A stretch of 64,000 bases of DNA from contig OZ245817.1 in assembly GCA_965228475.1 (NCBI GenBank), forward strand, positions 3,072,001 through 3,136,000. The letters are read 5' to 3'. Both the position numbers and the translations under genes were made by a program. The stretch comes from Myxococcota bacterium (GTDB lineage Bacteria > Myxococcota_A > UBA9160 > JAFDDA01). Shown one piece after another: positions 8,622-19,901 of this stretch. Positions within the stretch are counted from its first letter, which is position 1; each line of letters starts with the position of its first letter. The notes beneath the pieces were generated by a model. It was given only the letters and a program-made list of their open reading frames with translations, was not told where the DNA came from and searched no databases.

Positions 8622-11276
8622 ATGGGGCGTTTTATGTCGCACCGTCACCTTCTCCTCTTCCTCTTCCTCTTCGGGGTCTTCTGGGCCCTGGTTCCTGCCG
8701 CCGCTCACGCGGAAGACGCAGCGAATCCCTTCCCCGTACCGGAGGCGATCCGCCCCCAGGTCGCGTTCTGGACGCGGATCTACTCCGAAGTCACGACGCG
8801 CGGCGGGCTGCTGCACGACTCGCGGATGATGAGCGTCGTCTACGAGAAGATGAAGTTCGGCGCGAAGGACTCGCGGCGTACGCGCAGCCGCAAGATCGAC
8901 GCGCGCCGCGACCACTACAAGCGCGTGCTCGGGACCCTGGCGGGCGGCAAGCGCACGGGCCTCACCGCTGAGGAGCAGCGCGTCCTCGCCCTCTTCCCGG
9001 AAGGCGTCTCGAACCAGACCCTGCGCGCGGCGCAGAAGCGCATCCGGTTCCAGCTCGGGCAGGCGAACCGCTTCCGCGAAGGCATCATCCGCTCGGGACG
9101 CTGGGAGCCGCACATCGCCAAGGTGCTGGCCGAGCACGGCGTGCCCTACGAACTCTCCGCCCTGCCCCACGTCGAGTCGTCCTACAACCCCGAGGCCTAC
9201 TCCCACGCAGGCGCGGCCGGCCTGTGGCAGTTCACCCGTTCGACGGGGCGCATCTTCATGCGCGTCGACCACGTCGTCGACGAGCGCATGGACCCCTACC
9301 TCGCGAGCGTGGCGGCGGCGAAGCTCCTGCTCTCGAACCACCGCCGCACCGGGACGTGGCCGCTGGCCATCACCTCCTACAACCACGGGACGGCGGGCAT
9401 GGAGCGCGCCATCCGCAAGCTCGGCACCCGGCGCATCGACCGCGTCATCGCGGAGTACAAGAGCCGCACCTTCGGCTTCGCCTCGCGCAACTTCTACACG
9501 AGCTTCGTCGCGGCCTGGGACGTGAGCTCGAACGCGCCGCACTTCTTCGGCGAGCTGACGATCGATCCGGCCGAGGACCTCGAGGTGGTCCTCACGGACC
9601 ACTACTACGCGACGTCGACCCTCACCCGCGTCTTCGGCGTCCCGACGAAGACCCTGCGCAAGTACAACGGCGCGCTGCGGGGACCGGTCTGGAACGGGCA
9701 GAAGTACGTGCCGAAGGGCTACGCCCTGCGCATCCCGCGACGGAACAAGGGCCCGGAGCCCGAGCTCGTGCTGGCCCAGATCCCCGCCAGCGAGACGATC
9801 CTGCGGCAGAAGGCCGACCGCACCTACCGCGTGCGGCGCGGCGACACGCTCTCGGGCATCGCGCGGCGCTACGGCGTGAAGACGCGGGACCTCGTCGCCC
9901 TGAACGGTCTGCGCAGCCAGAACCGCATCCGCATCGGCCAGAAGCTCCGCCTCCCGACCCACGACGGGCCGACGACCGTCGCCATGGTGCGCGACCACGA
10001 CCGCAACGCCCGCAAGCGCCTCGAGCGCCCGGCGGACGGCATCCACCGCGTCCGGCGCGGCGACACGCTCTCGGGCATTGCCGAGACCTTCGGCGTCTCG
10101 CTGCAGGAGCTGATCGCGGTGAACGGCCTGCGCAACAAGAACCGGCTCGTGATCGGTCAGAAGATCAAGATCCCGGGCGAGCCCATCGAGGCGCGCACGA
10201 CCTACGTCGTCCAGCGCGGCGACAGCCTCGAACGCATCGCTCGGAAGCACGGGGTCTCCCTCCGCTCGCTCCAGGACGCGAACCACATCCGCAACCGGAA
10301 CCGGATTCATCCCGGGCAGGTGCTCTCGATCCCCGGCAGCGGGGGCGCCGTCGCCCGCACCGAACTCGCACGCACCGAACCCGCGCGCCATACGGTGCGT
10401 CGCGGAGAGACCCTCGCGGGGATCGCCGCGAAGTACGGCGTCGGCGTGAGCGCGCTCCAGGCCCACAACGGACTGCGCAACAAGAACCGGATCCACCCGG
10501 GCCAGGAACTCGAAATCCCCGGCCGGACCCAACCGAAGAAGAAGGTGCAGACGGCCGCGCAGCCGCCGCCGGCAAAGCCCGTCCCCGTGGCCAAGCCCGC
10601 CGTGGCGAAGGAGCCTGCGACGCCGGCCGAGGCCGTCGCGGTCGCCCGGGTCGAAGCCACGCCGCCGCCCGAACCCGCGACGCCGCCCGCCGCTCCGGGG
10701 TCCGGCCTCGTCGAGCCGGTCGTGGTCGCCCCGGACCTCACGCCCGAAGACCTCGCCATCACGCCCGCCGACGCCGCGACGCCCGCGCCGAGCGCGCCGA
10801 GCGCAACCGCCGGCCGGACGCCTTCGGCCCTGCCCTGGGCGCCGGACCGCTACGCCGTGGCCGCCGACGGCTCGATCGTGGCCCGCCCCGGCGAGACGCT
10901 CGGGCACTACGCCGAGTGGCTCGACGTGAAGACCCAGCGCCTGCGCGACCTCAACCACATGGCCTACAAGCGCCCGCTGACGATCGGCAAGCGCATCCGC
11001 CTCGACTTCTCGAAGACCGGGCGGGAGGTCTTCGAGAACCGCCGTCTCGAGCACCATCGCGGTCTCCAGGCCGCGTTCTTCGACGACTTCGCCGTCGCCG
11101 GCACCGAGGACCACGTGCTGCGCCGGGGCGACACGCTCTGGAAGCTTTCGCACCGGAAGTACGAAGTCCCGGTCTGGCTGATCCAGCAGTACAACCCCGA
11201 ACTCGACATGAATGCGCTGCGGCCGGGGATGCGGATCGCCATTCCCGTCGTCCAGCCCAAGAAGGGCAACGTCTAG
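8622..11276 (+). CDS. MltD-like lytic transglycosylase with about 6 LysM domains
   Basis: Signal peptide; SLT motifs VESSY, AAGLWQF, SYNHG; six LysM-like repeats (YRVRRGDTLSGIA etc.); Pro/Ala-rich linker. Start may be 8634. Confidence 0.9.
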   Translation: MGRFMSHRHLLLFLFLFGVFWALVPAAAHAEDAANPFPVPEAIRPQVAFWTRIYSEVTTRGGLLHDSRMMSVVYEKMKFGAKDSRRTRSRKIDARRDHYKRVLGTLAGGKRTGLTAEEQRVLALFPEGVSNQTLRAAQKRIRFQLGQANRFREGIIRSGRWEPHIAKVLAEHGVPYELSALPHVESSYNPEAYSHAGAAGLWQFTRSTGRIFMRVDHVVDERMDPYLASVAAAKLLLSNHRRTGTWPLAITSYNHGTAGMERAIRKLGTRRIDRVIAEYKSRTFGFASRNFYTSFVAAWDVSSNAPHFFGELTIDPAEDLEVVLTDHYYATSTLTRVFGVPTKTLRKYNGALRGPVWNGQKYVPKGYALRIPRRNKGPEPELVLAQIPASETILRQKADRTYRVRRGDTLSGIARRYGVKTRDLVALNGLRSQNRIRIGQKLRLPTHDGPTTVAMVRDHDRNARKRLERPADGIHRVRRGDTLSGIAETFGVSLQELIAVNGLRNKNRLVIGQKIKIPGEPIEARTTYVVQRGDSLERIARKHGVSLRSLQDANHIRNRNRIHPGQVLSIPGSGGAVARTELARTEPARHTVRRGETLAGIAAKYGVGVSALQAHNGLRNKNRIHPGQELEIPGRTQPKKKVQTAAQPPPAKPVPVAKPAVAKEPATPAEAVAVARVEATPPPEPATPPAAPGSGLVEPVVVAPDLTPEDLAITPADAATPAPSAPSATAGRTPSALPWAPDRYAVAADGSIVARPGETLGHYAEWLDVKTQRLRDLNHMAYKRPLTIGKRIRLDFSKTGREVFENRRLEHHRGLQAAFFDDFAVAGTEDHVLRRGDTLWKLSHRKYEVPVWLIQQYNPELDMNALRPGMRIAIPVVQPKKGNV

Positions 11277-11303
11277 GCGAACGTTCCGGGTTTCTGGCTC
11301 GGG

Positions 11304-11993
11304 CTAGCCGTCCGCGCCGGCCTGGAACACCCGCTCGCTCGGGAGCGCGATGGCCGTGAGCGGCCCGCCGTAGGTCGCGCCCGTGTCGATGCCGATGCTG
11401 AAGGGCGGATTCCAGCGCACGCGGAAGTCGCGCTTGGGCGAGTGGCCGTACACGAGCGTCGCGCCCAGGGCGTGGCGCAGGTCCCCGGCCATCCGGTTCC
11501 AGAGGAGGTCCTCCGGCGGGCAGCGTTCGAGCGCCTGGTCGATGTCCGAGAGGCCGAGCTCCGGCAGGCCGAGCCCGGCATGGACGAAGGCGTAGTCCCC
11601 CTCGCGGTGGTAGGGAACCAGGTTGCGGAAGAACGCCTCGTGGTCCGGGGGCAGCGCGAAGCCCCCCTGCGCGGCGGCGTCGAAATCGCGAACGCCGTAG
11701 GAGAGCAGGGTCTCGATGCCGCCGTTCGCGAGGTAGTACTCGCTGTTGTCGTAGAGCGGTCCACGCCACCCGATGTAGTGCAGGAACATCGATTCGTGGT
11801 TCCCGATCAGGAATACGCAGTCGCGCTCCCTTCCGAGCGCGATCAGGCGGTCGACCACGCCGCGCGAGTCCGGGCCGCGGTCGACGTAGTCGCCGACGAA
11901 CACGAGCCGGTCGCCGTCTTCGAGCGGGAGCTGCTCGAGCACGCCTTCGAGCTTCGCGAGCTGCCCGTGGATGTCGCCGACGGCGTAGATCAA
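11304..11993 (-). CDS. Metallophosphoesterase (PPP/ApaH-like Ser/Thr phosphatase family)
   Basis: GDIHG, GDYVDRG, GNHE, HAG, GHS and IDTG motifs; TTG start. Confidence 0.9.
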   Translation of the reverse strand: MIYAVGDIHGQLAKLEGVLEQLPLEDGDRLVFVGDYVDRGPDSRGVVDRLIALGRERDCVFLIGNHESMFLHYIGWRGPLYDNSEYYLANGGIETLLSYGVRDFDAAAQGGFALPPDHEAFFRNLVPYHREGDYAFVHAGLGLPELGLSDIDQALERCPPEDLLWNRMAGDLRHALGATLVYGHSPKRDFRVRWNPPFSIGIDTGATYGGPLTAIALPSERVFQAGADG

Positions 11994-12011
11994 CGGGAAC
12001 CCTCTGCGCCG

Positions 12012-13045
<1,034 letters not shown>

Positions 13046-13049
<4 letters not shown>

Positions 13050-13717
13050 TCGACTCGCTCGGGTGGCCCGGCGGGGGTCTCCGGCCGCCGGTACGTCCAG
13101 AAGTAGGGGATCCGGCCCTGCTCGCGCCACTCCTGCTCGTAGGCCGTCTCCATCCGCCCGGGCACGGCCCGCCGGTGGGGCTCCGGCGCCAGGGCGTTCT
13201 CGAGCCCCGCCACCCCCGGAAGGATCCCATCGATCCAGGCCGCGTAGGTCGGGTCGTCCGTCGCCACCTCGAGACGGCCTCCGGGCCGGAGCCGGAGCGC
13301 GAGATCGCGAACGAGGGCCGTCTGCACGAGACGCCGGTCGGCGTGCCGCCGCTTCGGCCACGGGTCCGAGAAGTTGATCCACACGACGTCCACGCTGCCG
13401 GGCGCGAGCAGCTCGCCCGCGACGTCCTCTCCCCGGGCTTCGATCACGCGGACGTTGCGCACGCCGAGGCGGGAGAGCCGGCGCGCCATCTTGACGAAGC
13501 GCTTGTGCGAGAGCTCGACGCCGAGGAAGGCGACCTCCGGCGCGGCCTCGGCCTGGTCGAGCAGGAACTCGCCGCGCCCGAAGCCGATCTCGACGACGAA
13601 GGCCTCGGGCTCCGGCACGTCCGGCGCGAAGAGCTCCCGCCAGCCGCGCTCGCGCAGGTCTTCGGCGGTCACGCGCGGGTCCGCGCCGACCAGGTCCGTC
13701 TTGAGCTTGCGTCCCAT
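13046..13717 (-). CDS. trmB: tRNA (guanine-N7)-methyltransferase
   Basis: VEIGFGRG, NFSDPWPKRRH, ATDD, TAYE. Confidence 0.92.
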
Positions 13718-13743
13718 GGGGCTATCCGGGATCTCGCATGGCG

Positions 13744-15369
13744 CTACCCGAGGTCCCGCACGTTCCGGCCGAGCGCCGCGCCGAACGCGCTGCGCAGGCC
13801 TTCGAACCGGGGGACCCGCGGGTGGGCTTCGATGCGCACCCGCTCGCCCGGCACCAGCCCGGCGCGGTGCCGCACCTCGGCGACGGCCTCGAGCGGCCCG
13901 CCGAGCGCATCGACGAGGCCGTGCTCCTTCGCGCGGTCGCCGCTGTAGACGCGGCCCTGGGCAAGGCGTGCGACCTCTTCCCGCGGGAGGCCGCGGCCTT
14001 CGCTCACGCGGTCGAGGAAGAGGTCGTAGATCGCGCGCATCTCCTCGCGCATGGCGCCGCGTTCGTCGGGCGAGAAGCCGCGGTCCTCGGCATGGATGCC
14101 GGCGCGCGCGCCACGCTCGATGGAATCGCGCCCGACCCCGAGCCGTTCGTAGAGCCCGGAGAGATCGATCTTTCCGCCGACGACGCCGATCGAACCCGTG
14201 ATCGAGGTCGCCTCGGCGAGCACCGCATCGCCCGCGGCGGCCAGGTAGTAGCCCCCCGAAGCCGCCACGTCGCCCAGCGAGACGACGACGGGCTTCTCCT
14301 CGCGGACCCGCATGACCGAGTGCCAGAGGAGATCGGAGGCGAGCGCATCCCCGCCCGGGCTGTCGATGCGCAGGACCACGCCGCGGATCCCCTCGTCGCG
14401 CCGGAGCCGCTCGAAGAGCCCGCGGTAGACGTCGCTCGCGACGCCGCGCAGACCGTGACCCCGGCGGATCGGACCCGTCGCCACCACGTAGGCGATGCGC
14501 GGAAGGTCCGCGAGGAGCGGACGCCAGCCCGGATCCCCCGCCCGCATGGCGTAGTAGCCGGGCGCGTCCACGACGCGCAGGTCCTCGAGCTTCTCCGCCC
14601 CGGGCGAGCGCTCGACGATCTGCTCCTGGAGCTCTTCGGGATAGAGGCAGCCGTCGAGGTAGCCGTCCTCCTTCGCCGTCGCGGCGCGGTGCGGCCCGCG
14701 ATCGATCCAGTCACGAACCTCTTCGGGCTTCTTCCCGCGCCCCGCAGCGACCCCCGCCACGAGCTGGCCGTACCAGTCGTCGAGGAGCGCCTCCATCTGC
14801 TCGCGCTGCTCGGGCGACATGCCCTGGCGCGTGAAGGTCTCGGCCGCGGTCTTGTGGCTCCCGACGCGCAGCACGTCGGGCCGGATGCCGACGCGGTCGA
14901 ACAGGTCGCGCAGGAAGAAGGCGTCCATGCGCAGCCCGACGAGCCCGAGCGAACCCGCTGGCGGCACGAAGAGCTCGGACGCCGCGCTTCCGATGAAGAC
15001 GTCCCCCGCCGAGAGGCTCTCGCCGAAGGCGACCACAGTCTTGCGCGTGGCGGCATCGGCGACGGCCCGCCGCACCGCCAGGGCCCGGCCCCAGCCGATG
15101 GGCGCCCCGTCGAGGCGCAGCAGGATGCCCGTGACGTCCGGATCGCGCGACGCGGCGTCGAGGGTCGTGAGCAGCTCGAGCAGGCTCGGGCCCGGCGGCC
15201 GCCCCATCGGAAGCGCCGGGGCGCGCAGCTCCGTGACCGGCTGTGCCATGCGCACGCGGACCCAGACCGGCCGCTCCCGGGAGAGCACCGCGCGCGCCAC
15301 GCCCCGGCGAGCCAGCCCCGCAAGGTTCGCTCCGAGCCGCCGCACCACCTCCGTGGGTTGGGCACTCAC
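13744..15369 (-). CDS. sppA: Signal peptide peptidase SppA (S49, two-domain type)
   Basis: RIDSPGG, AASGGYY (Ser), TGSIGV, GSHKTAAE (Lys). GTG start at 15369 or 15375. Confidence 0.88.
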   Translation of the reverse strand: MSAQPTEVVRRLGANLAGLARRGVARAVLSRERPVWVRVRMAQPVTELRAPALPMGRPPGPSLLELLTTLDAASRDPDVTGILLRLDGAPIGWGRALAVRRAVADAATRKTVVAFGESLSAGDVFIGSAASELFVPPAGSLGLVGLRMDAFFLRDLFDRVGIRPDVLRVGSHKTAAETFTRQGMSPEQREQMEALLDDWYGQLVAGVAAGRGKKPEEVRDWIDRGPHRAATAKEDGYLDGCLYPEELQEQIVERSPGAEKLEDLRVVDAPGYYAMRAGDPGWRPLLADLPRIAYVVATGPIRRGHGLRGVASDVYRGLFERLRRDEGIRGVVLRIDSPGGDALASDLLWHSVMRVREEKPVVVSLGDVAASGGYYLAAAGDAVLAEATSITGSIGVVGGKIDLSGLYERLGVGRDSIERGARAGIHAEDRGFSPDERGAMREEMRAIYDLFLDRVSEGRGLPREEVARLAQGRVYSGDRAKEHGLVDALGGPLEAVAEVRHRAGLVPGERVRIEAHPRVPRFEGLRSAFGAALGRNVRDLG

Positions 15370-15400
15370 CCGCACTCTCCCTTCGTTGCGCGGGCGTTCA

Positions 15401-17038
15401 TCAGCGGCGCGCCTGCTTCCGGTGGCTCAGGTAATCGACCATCAGGTAGGAGCCGAGCTGGTCCGGGCTCGAGTAGAAGACCCGTCCCCGGTTGATCTGG
15501 GTCATGCGCGCGACGAAGTTCACGAGCTCGGGCGCCGAGTCGAGCATGAAGGTGTTGATGGTGATGCCCTGCGCCGTCACCTTGCGAACTTCCTTCAGGG
15601 TCTCGTCGGCGGCGCGCGGCGAGACGCCGCTCACGCCCATCGGCCACTCGACGCGCAGCTCCGGCCCGACGAAGTAGGCCGTCGGCTGACCGTCGGTGAT
15701 CACCAGGATCTGCGGCGCGGAGCTCGGGTGCCGGGCGATCAGCCGCTGCGCGACGCGCAGGCCGTCCTGGAGGTTCGTGAAGGGGTCGCCCATGTTCCAG
15801 ACGACCTCGGGCAGGCGCGGGATCGGGATCTCCTCGGCGCGCGTGTAGAAGCCGACCACGAAGAAGTGATCGCGCGGGAAGCGGGTGCGGATGAGGTGAT
15901 CCATGGCGAGCGCCACGCGCTTGGCCGCGCCGAAGCGCCCTTCCCACGACATCGACCAGCTCATGTCGAGGAGCAGGACCGTGGTCGCCTGCGTACTGGT
16001 ATCGCGTTCGCGCACCTGGAAGTCGTCGAGGCCGAGCGGGACGGGCAGCGGCTGCGCCTGCCCGGGGTGGGAGAGCGCGTGGCGCTTCACGCCGCCGAGG
16101 ACGGTCTTCACGACGTCGAGGTCGAGCGGGTCGCCGAACTCGAAGGGCCGCGTCTCGTCCGGGCGCGGCAGGGCGACGCCCCGGGTATCGACGTCGTGGG
16201 CGCCCGGCCGCCCCTTGCGCAGCGCGCCATAGACCTCCGCGAGCGCCCCGGCGCCGAGCCGGCGGATGGCGCGCGGCGTGAGCTCGTTCTCCCCTTCCCG
16301 CAGGTAGCCGGCCCGTTCGAGAGAGGGGGACAGGTCGCGCAGCAGGATGAGGGACTCCGCCGCGTCGTCGCCGAGCAGGTCCCGGAGGGTCTCGGCATCG
16401 ATGCCTTCGAAGTTTCCCTGTGCGAGGTCGCGCGCGAGCTGCTCCATGCCCTCGACCCGCTCGCGGATCTCCTGGGCCGTCTCGTAGTCCGCGGCTTCGG
16501 GGCCCTGGAAGCGCTGGCCCTGCTGCTGCTGGAACTGTTCGAGCGCCTTCAGCCGATCGAGCTCCTCGAGGAGCTCCCGGAAGGCGTCGCCGGCCTCTTC
16601 GTCCTCGAAGTCCCAGTCGCGGAACCGCTCGATCGTCTCCGAGACCGGCGGAGCGGCCTCGGCCTCGTGACCGTGGCGCCGGGTCATGAAGTCGTTGTGG
16701 CGCGCGGACTCGTGGCCGCTCGCGCCGCGCACGGCGGTCTGCTCGCGATCGAGGATCTCGTCGAGCTGCTGCTGCAGCTCGTCCGTCGCCTCCCGCAGGT
16801 GGTACTGCTCGGCCAGCGACTCCGCCTCGCGCCGAAGCTCACGCAGGAGGTCCTCGACGCCCATCACGCGCATCTCGCGCCCGGCGAGCTCGAAGCCGTA
16901 CTGGCGCATGAAGTCGAGTGCTTCGCCGAGGGACATGCCCTCCATCAGGAGGTCCGAGACGGCGTCGAGCACCGTGTCGGCATCGAGCGTGAAGCTCTCC
17001 TGGGTGCCATCCCAGCGCTGGTAGCGGTAGACGCGCAT
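15401..17038 (-). CDS. VWA-domain protein (partner of the adjacent AAA+ ATPase)
   Basis: YRYQRWDGTQ N-terminus; MIDAS DMSWS, TNLQDGL, ITDGQP. Confidence 0.88.
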   Translation of the reverse strand: MRVYRYQRWDGTQESFTLDADTVLDAVSDLLMEGMSLGEALDFMRQYGFELAGREMRVMGVEDLLRELRREAESLAEQYHLREATDELQQQLDEILDREQTAVRGASGHESARHNDFMTRRHGHEAEAAPPVSETIERFRDWDFEDEEAGDAFRELLEELDRLKALEQFQQQQGQRFQGPEAADYETAQEIRERVEGMEQLARDLAQGNFEGIDAETLRDLLGDDAAESLILLRDLSPSLERAGYLREGENELTPRAIRRLGAGALAEVYGALRKGRPGAHDVDTRGVALPRPDETRPFEFGDPLDLDVVKTVLGGVKRHALSHPGQAQPLPVPLGLDDFQVRERDTSTQATTVLLLDMSWSMSWEGRFGAAKRVALAMDHLIRTRFPRDHFFVVGFYTRAEEIPIPRLPEVVWNMGDPFTNLQDGLRVAQRLIARHPSSAPQILVITDGQPTAYFVGPELRVEWPMGVSGVSPRAADETLKEVRKVTAQGITINTFMLDSAPELVNFVARMTQINRGRVFYSSPDQLGSYLMVDYLSHRKQARR

Positions 17039-17046
17039 GCCCTGGG

Positions 17047-18456
17047 CTAGCCCTGCCCGTAGCGGACCGTGCCTTCGCGCTCGGTCTTGTTGAGGCGGTT
17101 CGCCAGGTGGAGGCCCTCCAGGATGAACTCGATGGCCGAGGCCAGCCGCGGCGGCGAATCGCCTTCGGCGAGCGAGCGCGCACCCTCGCGCAGGCCCGGG
17201 ATCTCGTCGAGCCCCTCGAGGTACTCCCCCGAAGGCATGGCCTCGGACACCTCGACCCGCCAGCCCTGTTCGAAGGCCTCGACGACCGGCGCCAGGCCCT
17301 CCCCCGCCGCGCGCTCCTCGAAGACGACGTGGATGGCGCGCTTCAGGAGTTCGCCGAGCACCTCGGCTTCGGAGCGCTCGCTGCCGGCGTACTCGAGCTC
17401 GATCTTGCCGGTGGTCGAAGCCTCGAGGGCCGGAAGGTCCGAGATGCGCGGGACCGCCTCGCTCTCCCCGAGCCGCAGGGCCCGACGCGCGGCGTTCGCG
17501 AGCAGGGTCTCGTAGTTCGCGAGGGTCATGCGGACGGAGACGCCCGAGCTCTGGTTCACGTCGGGGCTCCGCCGCGCCTGGTGGGTCAGCTCGACGACGA
17601 TCTCCTCGAGGAAGGGCGGCACGTGGACCTCGACGCCGGGAATCTCCGGCCGGACGGCCTCCTGCCGCACGATGTCGAGCTCGAGCGCGCGCGTCTTCGG
17701 GTAGTGCGTGCGGATCTGGGCCGCGTAGCGGTCCTTGAGCGGCGTGATGATGCGGCCCCGGCTCGTGTAGTCCTCGGGGTTCGCGCTCGCGACGACCAGC
17801 ACGTCGAGAGGCAGGCGGACCTGGTACCCCTTCACCTGGACGTCGCGCTCCTCCATCACGTTGAACATCCCGACCTGGACCTTCTCCGTCAGGTCCGGGA
17901 GCTCGTTGATGCAGAAGATTCCCCGGTGGGTCCTCGGCAGCAGGCCGAAGTGGATCGTGAGCTCGTCGTCGAGGGTCCGGCCCTGGGCGACCTTGATCGG
18001 GTCGACGTCGCCGATCAGGTCCGCGATCGAGACGTCCGGCGTGGCGAGCTTCTCGACGTAGCGCGCGTCACGGTGGACCCAGGCGATGTCGGTCTCCGGC
18101 CCCGCTTCGGCGATGCGGTCGATCGCGTAGCGCGAGACCGGAGCGAAGGGGTCGTCGTGGATCTCGCTGCCGGCAACCTCCGGCACCCACTCGTCGAGCA
18201 GGTCCACGAGCGCGCGGATCATGCGGGACTTCGCCTGGCCGCGTTCGCCCAGGAAGATCACGTCGTGCCCGGCCAGGAGCGCGTTCTCGACGGCGGGGAT
18301 CACGGTGTCGTCGTAGCCGAGCACGCCGGGAAAGAGCGGCTCGCCGGAAGCGAGACGCGCAAGCAGGTTGGCGCGCAGCTCCTCGCGCAGGCTGCGGGTC
18401 CGGTAGCCCGCTTTCTCGAGCTCTCCCAGGGTCTGGTACGGCGGCGGCGACGGCAT
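17047..18456 (-). CDS. MoxR/Mg-chelatase-like AAA+ ATPase
   Basis: GERGQAKS (Walker A variant), INELPDL, ASANPEDYTSRGRIITPLKDR. Confidence 0.88.
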   Translation of the reverse strand: MPSPPPYQTLGELEKAGYRTRSLREELRANLLARLASGEPLFPGVLGYDDTVIPAVENALLAGHDVIFLGERGQAKSRMIRALVDLLDEWVPEVAGSEIHDDPFAPVSRYAIDRIAEAGPETDIAWVHRDARYVEKLATPDVSIADLIGDVDPIKVAQGRTLDDELTIHFGLLPRTHRGIFCINELPDLTEKVQVGMFNVMEERDVQVKGYQVRLPLDVLVVASANPEDYTSRGRIITPLKDRYAAQIRTHYPKTRALELDIVRQEAVRPEIPGVEVHVPPFLEEIVVELTHQARRSPDVNQSSGVSVRMTLANYETLLANAARRALRLGESEAVPRISDLPALEASTTGKIELEYAGSERSEAEVLGELLKRAIHVVFEERAAGEGLAPVVEAFEQGWRVEVSEAMPSGEYLEGLDEIPGLREGARSLAEGDSPPRLASAIEFILEGLHLANRLNKTEREGTVRYGQG

Positions 18457-18511
18457 GGGCCCTCCGGGTGCCCGTGCAGTCTAGGTCAGATCCGGCGCCC
18501 CGCTGCTTCGC

Positions 18512-19693
18512 CTAGAGCAGGTCCGAGGCGCCGAGGCCGTGGCGCTGCTTCAGGGTCTTCACGACGTATCGGATGACCGCCTGGACCGAGGCCTCGAAGT
18601 CGTCGTTGTCGATGATGGGAATGTCGTCGGACTCCTCGGCCAGCTCGAGCAGGTGTTCCTGGATCTTGAGGATGGCATCGAGGTTGTCGACGTAGTCGTG
18701 CGGTCCGTGCTTCGGGCCGCGCCGCCGCTTCTTGAAGCGCTTCCCGTAGGACTTCGCGTTCAGGTTCACGACCATGAGCAGCAGGATGTCGGCGCGGTCC
18801 GCATAGTTGGCGCGGCCGACGAGCCCGGGCACCAGGGAGACGCCGTCGAGAACGAGGCTCGTGCTCTCCTGGATGGCCCGGTCGATCAAGCCCCGGACGC
18901 CCACGGCGACCGCCTGGGCCTGATCCCGGAACGCCTCGACCACCGGCTCCTCGTAGGCCTCGGCGCCGGGCACGGACCGCCAGGCGTCGTAGCTCGACGC
19001 GTGCAGCGCCGGGGCCAGCTCCGCGGAGAGCATGATGCGCATGACCTGACGGATGGCGTCGGTCGACATCACGCGCGGGATGCCGAGACGGTGGGCGACC
19101 TCGACGGCCAGGGCCGTCTTGCCCGCGCCGGTCGGCCCGCCGAGCAGGAGGATCACCGGCCGCTCGGGGTCCTGGAACTTCCGCCAGATGAGATACCGCT
19201 CCCCGACCTCTTCCCCGTGCGCCTGGGACAGGGCATCGAAGACCGTCTTGCGAAGCGTCGCGCGATCGATCTCGATCTGCCCCCGCTGCCGCAGGCCGTT
19301 CTCGATCTGCAGGGCGACCGCCGAGGCCTCGGCCGGATCGATCGCCGCGGCGAGCAGCGACTGGGCCAGCACGCCCTTCGAGAACGGGACCTCCGGGTCG
19401 AGATCGGTGATGCGGATCGGGTCGACGAGGGCCGGAGGCGGCGGGGGGAGCCCCTCGGTCAGGGAGCCCTCGACGAGCTCCGCGAGCTCGGCGCGTGAAA
19501 CCGACTCCCGCCCCTTGATCTGGTCCCGCACGGCCTGGGCCGCCGCGAAGGCCTCCTCGTAGGGGACACCCCGTCGTGTCAGGGCGTGGATCATGATCCC
19601 GCGCATGAAGGGGCGCTCGCCGTCGGCGTCCTTGACCACCGGACGGGAGGTGGAACCGCTCTTGCCGGCTCGGCTTTCCTTTTCGCGGGCCAT
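18512..19693 (-). CDS. 2-phosphoglycerate kinase-like P-loop kinase with tandem ATP-cone-like domains
   Basis: Two cone-like starts (RPFMRGIM, VPFSKGVL); GGPTGAGKT, STDAIRQVMR, LHASSYDAW, LDGVSLVPG. Confidence 0.8.
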   Translation of the reverse strand: MAREKESRAGKSGSTSRPVVKDADGERPFMRGIMIHALTRRGVPYEEAFAAAQAVRDQIKGRESVSRAELAELVEGSLTEGLPPPPPALVDPIRITDLDPEVPFSKGVLAQSLLAAAIDPAEASAVALQIENGLRQRGQIEIDRATLRKTVFDALSQAHGEEVGERYLIWRKFQDPERPVILLLGGPTGAGKTALAVEVAHRLGIPRVMSTDAIRQVMRIMLSAELAPALHASSYDAWRSVPGAEAYEEPVVEAFRDQAQAVAVGVRGLIDRAIQESTSLVLDGVSLVPGLVGRANYADRADILLLMVVNLNAKSYGKRFKKRRRGPKHGPHDYVDNLDAILKIQEHLLELAEESDDIPIIDNDDFEASVQAVIRYVVKTLKQRHGLGASDLL

Positions 19694-19838
19694 TTCACCA
19701 CGCTAACCGAGTGACCGGCGCATCGCGAGTTCGGCGCCCGGATCGCAGCGAGTACGGACCGGAGAGGCGCGCTAGCGGTTCGTGCGCGCGTCGCGCCAGG
19801 GGCGAATCCGAACGACACAGGAATTGACCCTTTTTGGG

Positions 19839-19868
19839 TTGACTGATTTGCGAACCAGTCTCTACCGT
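19839..19868 (+). promoter_or_regulatory. Putative promoter with a dyad in the spacer, upstream of the MerR-like gene
   Basis: TTGACT-N18-TACCGT; GACTG...CAGTC inverted repeat at 19841-19860. Confidence 0.45.
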
Positions 19869-19901
19869 TCTGCAACACCGTGGTTACACCGGGGGGTGAT
19901 C

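Noticed and set aside
9820..10520. Repeated DNA segments (GCGCGGCGACACGCTCTCGGGCAT etc.)
   Set aside because: Explained by tandem LysM domains.
17047..18456. True magnesium chelatase (chlorophyll/cobalamin synthesis)
   Set aside because: No tetrapyrrole genes nearby. The motifs and VWA partner fit the MoxR-like uncharacterised family.
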